Assembly (NCBI RefSeq): GCF_004010195.1
Contig: NC_057756.1
Location: 9,128,434-9,163,626 of the forward strand
Origin: Chiloscyllium plagiosum
Taxonomy: Eukaryota
Direction of reading: 5' to 3'
DNA: 35,193 nt
Part shown: one piece after another, positions 31,050 through 35,193 of the stretch
Numbering within the stretch: position 1 is the stretch's first letter
Layout of the letters: each line of letters begins with the position of its first letter
Made by a program: the position numbers and the translations under genes
The notes under the pieces: generated by a model
Databases searched by the model: none
What the model was told of the DNA's origin: nothing
What the model saw: only the letters and a program-made list of their open reading frames with translations

Positions 31050-31590
31050 TGAACATCAATAAGATTGTACAGGACGTTGGTGAAGCCGCTTCTGAAGTAC
31101 TGTGTCCAGTTCTGGACGCCCTGTTTATAGGAAGGGTATTATTAAGCTGGAGAGGGGTTCAGAAGAGATTTCCCAGGCTGTTGCTAGCAATGGAGAGTTT
31201 GAGTTAGAAAGAAAAACTGGGATTTTATTTTTCCCCCCTGGAGCGTCGGAGGCTGAGGTGTGACCTTATAGAGGTTTATAAAATCACAAGGGGCATGGAC
31301 AGGGTAAATGGCAGGTGTCTGGGGTGGGGGATCTCCAGACTCGGGGGCATATTTTCAGGGTGAGAGGGGAAAGATTTTAAAAATGAGGTGCAATTTTTTG
31401 TTTTGCTCAGAGGGTGGTTTGTGTGTGAAATGAAGTGGTGAATGGGAGTATAGTTAGAACATTTTAAAAGATATTTGGGGTAGGTCTGTGAATAAGCAGG
31501 GATATGGGCCAGGAGCAGGCAGGTGGGACTAGTATAGTTTGGGATTAGGGTCAGTATGGACTGGAAGAGTCTGTTTCCATGCTGTTTGAC
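31050..31590 (+). mobile_element. CR1 3' fragment
   Basis: RLYRTLVKPLLKYCVQFW..ERRRLRCDLIEVYKI. Confidence 0.9.
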
Positions 31591-31999
31591 TCGATAAGAT
31601 AATGTACCAGGAAGTACTGATGCTAATGTCCTCTTTGTGAATTATTCCAGTAGGCACCCAGTGAGCTGCTGTTCCCAAATCTGGAAGATTTGCCACGTAT
31701 GCAGGTAATATAGTGAGTCGGCAGATGTCAATGAACTGAAACTTGCTTATTCTGCTTGCTTTCAATTTTTATCTCTCGCCTTTGCTTGTCGCTTAATTCA
31801 GATTATTGAACCATTCTGTAGTAACTGATGTAAATCTAGCTTTGAATCATTGAGTATAATCTCTACAAAAGCCCATATTAGGATATCTCAACACTTCACT
31901 GTCCTCAATCACAGGATGAATGTTGAGTATATGACTCTGCTAATGCGATCCACTCGATTGTAAAGGAAACAAATCATTGGTTGTGATTTAAAATATGCA

Positions 32000-32400
32000 G
32001 AAGGGTAAGGGGCAGGAGTTGACGGGGTGCTCCGCCCCCATTCTCCTCAGGGAAGGTTAAGGGGGAAATCGAATTGAGGTGTACCTGATTAGTGAGGGCC
32101 TGTCGATGGGGTGGGGTGGGGGAAGTTACCAGAGGGGCATGGATTGTGGAGAATCTTGGGGGTGGGGGGTGCGGTGAGAGGAGGCAAACTTTGTTTTTGT
32201 TTTGCTGTGAGAATGTGTGGGATCGGCTGCCTGAGAGTGTGGTGTGAACAGAATCTTTCCAAAGTGAGTGACAGCAGCTCTGAAAGGGAGGGAAAGAGTT
32301 TGCTTGACTCTGTCTGTGGGAAGGAATGGTGGGACTAATTGGAGAGAACTTTCAAAAAGTTAGAATGGTCATGATGGGCTGACTGGCCTCCGTGAATGCT
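32000..32400 (+). mobile_element. Very old CR1 fragment
   Basis: aggttaagggggaaat..accagaggggcatgg..atgatgggctgactggcctcc. Confidence 0.6.
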
Positions 32401-32462
32401 GGAGAGCGCTAGAGTTGATGTATGTTTTGTTCCACAAATCCGGACATCCAGTACACGGTAGA

Positions 32463-32962
32463 TAATAGACAATAGACAATAGGTGCAGGAGTAGGCCATT
32501 CTGCCCTTCGAGCCTGCACTACCATTCATTATAATCATGGCTGATCATCCTTAATCAGTATCCTGTTCCTGCCTTATCTCCATAACTCTTGATTCCACTA
32601 TCTTTGAAAGCTCTATCCAACTCTTTCTTAAATGAATCCAGAGACTTGGCCTCTATAGCCTTCTGGGGCAGAGCATTCCACACACCCACCACTCTCTGGG
32701 TGAAGACGTTTCTCCTCAACTCTGGTCTAAGTGGCCTACCCCTTATTTTTAAACTGTGTCCTCTGGTTCGGGACTCACTCATCAGCGGAAACATGCTTCC
32801 TGTCCAATCCTTTAATAATCTTATGCGTCTCAATCAGATCCCCTCTCAGTCTTCTAAACTCAGGGGTATACAAGCCCAGCCGCTCCAGTCTTTCAGCGTA
32901 AGATAGTCCTGCCATTGCAGGAATTGACCTCGTGAACCTACACTGCACTCCCTCAATAGCCA
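32463..32962 (-). mobile_element. Young CR1 3' fragment with (TTGTCTA)n tail
   Basis: SRTRGHSLKIRGRP..FTQRVVGVWNALP. Confidence 0.95.
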
Positions 32963-33034
32963 GATGCTTTGCTATCGGACAGCTGGCGAGAGATTCTCAA
33001 TATCCCCAAAAGTAGTCGTGTGGCAACTTACACA

Positions 33035-33657
33035 GAACATAGAACATTCCAGCACAGTACAGGCCCTTCGGCCCTCGATGTTGTGCTGACCTGTGAAACC
33101 AATCTGAAGCCCATCTAACCTACACTATTCCATTCTCATCCATATGTCTATCCAATGACCATTTAAACGCCCTTAAAGTTGGTGAGTCTATTACTGTTGC
33201 AGGCAGGGCATTCCATGCCCCTACTACTCTCTGAGTAAAGAAACTACCTCTGACATCTGTCCTATATCTATCACCCTTCAATTTAAAGCTATGCCCCCTC
33301 GTGCTCGCCATCACCATCCTGAGGAAAAAGGCTCTCACTGTCCACCCTATCTAACCCTCTGATTAACTTATATGCCTCTATTAAGTCACCTCTCAATCAT
33401 CTTCTCTCTAATGAAAACAGCCTCAAGTCCCTCAGCCTTTCCTCGTAAGACCTTCCCTCCATACCAGGCAACATCCTGGTAAATCTCTCTGAACCCTTTC
33501 CAAAGCTTCCACATCCTTCCTGTAATGTGGTGACCAGAACTGTGCGCAATACTCCAAGTGCGGCCGCACTAATGTTTTGTACAGCTGCAGCATGACCCCA
33601 TGGTTCCAAAACTTAATCCCTTTCCTAATAAAAGCTAACATACCATGTATCTTCTTA
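33035..33657 (-). mobile_element. CR1 3' fragment (same subfamily as 1734-2275)
   Basis: MLQLYKTLVRPHLEYCAQFWSPHYRKDV; TRGHSFKLKGDRYRTDVRG. Confidence 0.96.
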
Positions 33658-34474
33658 ATTTCACACTTTCATTTTAACAAGGAAATTAGTGGTGACACAC
33701 ACCCCACCCCTCGAATCTCTGCCCTACATACAAAGGCGTAAGTTTTTACAGGAAAAGGTCTATAAATCACATGGTTGATCATCATGACATTGTTTAAGAT
33801 GGGCCATTATAATTTTACGAGGCCCGGTGAATGTTGATGTCCTGTGATAACGCGGGAATGGATTACTAGGACTGACTATTGCGTTGTTCATGATCATGTG
33901 TTAATGGGAAGAGATTCAACCAGAAGCGCTTTGCCTGCTCTAAATGGGGGATTCACATCTGAATGTTAATACGGAGGGGAAGTAAGACCATGGGAGCAGG
34001 AGGCAGTTTAACAGGCTTGAGGCCAAGGCTTGTCTGGGGAGGACAAATACCTCTGTCTCAGGCTACAGGGGAATCCACAAGTGGCTCCAATGGATTCATT
34101 CTCTAGGATTCGGTCAGCCTCCCCCCTACTGAGATGTTCTGTCTATTCTCTAAGAGGACAGACATGCAATTGAGACTGCAGTGCGTCCCTTTGGCAGTGG
34201 AATGTTTAACCCTCGAGTCCCCAGTGTGCCTTGAAAGAGAAGTAAAACATGGAAGTGATCCCCTTTGTGGCTTGCTGACTTCCTCACTTGGCTTTGAGCT
34301 GGGTTGCCAATGAGATGGTGTGGATGGTGGTCTGTTGCTTCCTTTGAGCTGTCAGTCTCACATTGAGAGGGGATGGGGGGGGAGGGGAGCGAGGTGGGCA
34401 GCGTTCTCTCAGCAAGTCTCGAACCCATGCTTGTTTCCACAGGATGAGCGTGGAGGACTGGTAGACGGGGAAAC

Positions 34475-34519
34475 ATGCAGAAAACGCCAATCATTCTGGC
34501 CAAGCCTCCTGCGGAGAGG
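34475..34519 (+). CDS. SMG9: SMG9 (NMD factor) exon, coding part MQKTPIILAKPPAER (exon 34443-34519)
   Basis: 14/15 match to recalled human SMG9 MQKTPIILSKPPAER; acceptor cttgtttccacag, donor AGG|GTAAGT; downstream of KCNN4 on the same strand as in human 19q13. Confidence 0.88.
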
Positions 34520-34847
34520 GTAAGTGGAGAGGACAGCAGCTGGGTGCAGGCAGAGCGGCCTCGCTCTGTTCCCATTGGGACCCGCTGGGCAGGCAGGGAA
34601 GGGCATGTGGTTAACTTCAGCACAGTGCCCACCCTTCAGTCACCTGTCTGTCTGGACACCGCACCTCCGAAAGGCCAACAGAGCACTTTCATCTTTCACC
34701 AGCCAGCGCAGAGTGTCACACAGTACGGAACGGGGATGCGCAGCAAGATCCCGTACCTGATAACAACCCGAATCGCTCTTTTTCCCTTTTACCCCTTCGT
34801 CCATCGTTCCTGTTCTTTCATGGAGTTGCTGGGGAGAGTGACGTTCG

Positions 34848-35193
34848 TTAATCGCCTCCTTGAGAAGGTGGGGCAGAGCTGCCTTCCTGAACTCCTGCAG
34901 TCCATGTGCTGTGGGTAGATTCCAGATGCCCGTTAGGGAGGGAATTCTGGGATTGTGACCCAGCTACACTGAAGGAACGGCCGATATATCTCCAAGTCGG
35001 GTTGGTGAGGGGCTCGGAGGGGAACTTGCATGGGGTTGGGGTTCCCATGTATCTGCTGCCCTTGTCTTTCTGGCTGGTAGAGGGTTTGGAAGGTGCTGCC
35101 TGAGGTGAATTTTGCAGTGCATCTCGTAGTCGGTACACTGCTACTGAGTGTCGGTGGGGGGAGAGAGGGGATGGTACGCACTGCTGGTACTGA
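34848..35193 (-). mobile_element. CR1/L2-group LINE 3' fragment
   Basis: GSRYMGTPTPCKFPSEPLT, same as the 22134-22406 copy. Confidence 0.88.

Noticed and set aside
33768..33900. Imperfect inverted repeat enclosing TTGATGT..CTGA, possible C/D snoRNA
   Set aside because: C box is non-consensus, there is no adjacent terminal stem, and no recognisable rRNA guide
34475..34918. 147-aa ORF as a whole protein
   Set aside because: Only the first 15 codons match SMG9; a GTAAGT donor follows and the rest is intron/LINE

Overview
Eukaryotic vertebrate genomic DNA, most likely a cartilaginous fish (inferred from the repeat complement: dense CR1 LINE fragments, HE1/V-SINE-type tRNA SINEs, Penelope-like termini and long GC-rich minisatellites), with one assembly gap (29971-30658). 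Most ORF-track entries are TE or tandem-repeat artefacts. The real host content is in short spliced exons that the ORF track misses or only partly overlaps. (1) The last two coding exons of a KCNN4/KCa3.1-like channel (+; 10983-11052 and 12058-12222), in which the human His358 regulatory residue is Gln. (2) A CpG-rich promoter/first exon (+; ~23420-23554) and an SMG9 exon (+; 34443-34519), matching the human KCNN4-SMG9 order; the 5' part of that exon is out of frame, so the protein may start at MQKTP behind a uORF, or the assembly has an indel. (3) On the minus strand, apparently inside the preceding KCNN4 intron, an exchangeable-apolipoprotein-like (ApoE/ApoA-IV/ApoA-I family) unit with a TATA/CCAAT/HNF4/GATA promoter, a non-coding exon 1, an intact 43-nt signal-peptide exon, and degenerate downstream exons. 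Several DR1/HNF4 sites, a perfect 4-unit heat-shock element and Penelope-derived minimal hammerhead ribozyme motifs are also present; one hammerhead sits in a palindromic element with a target-site duplication. Repeat boundaries are approximate, and protein comparisons are from memory, not from database searches.
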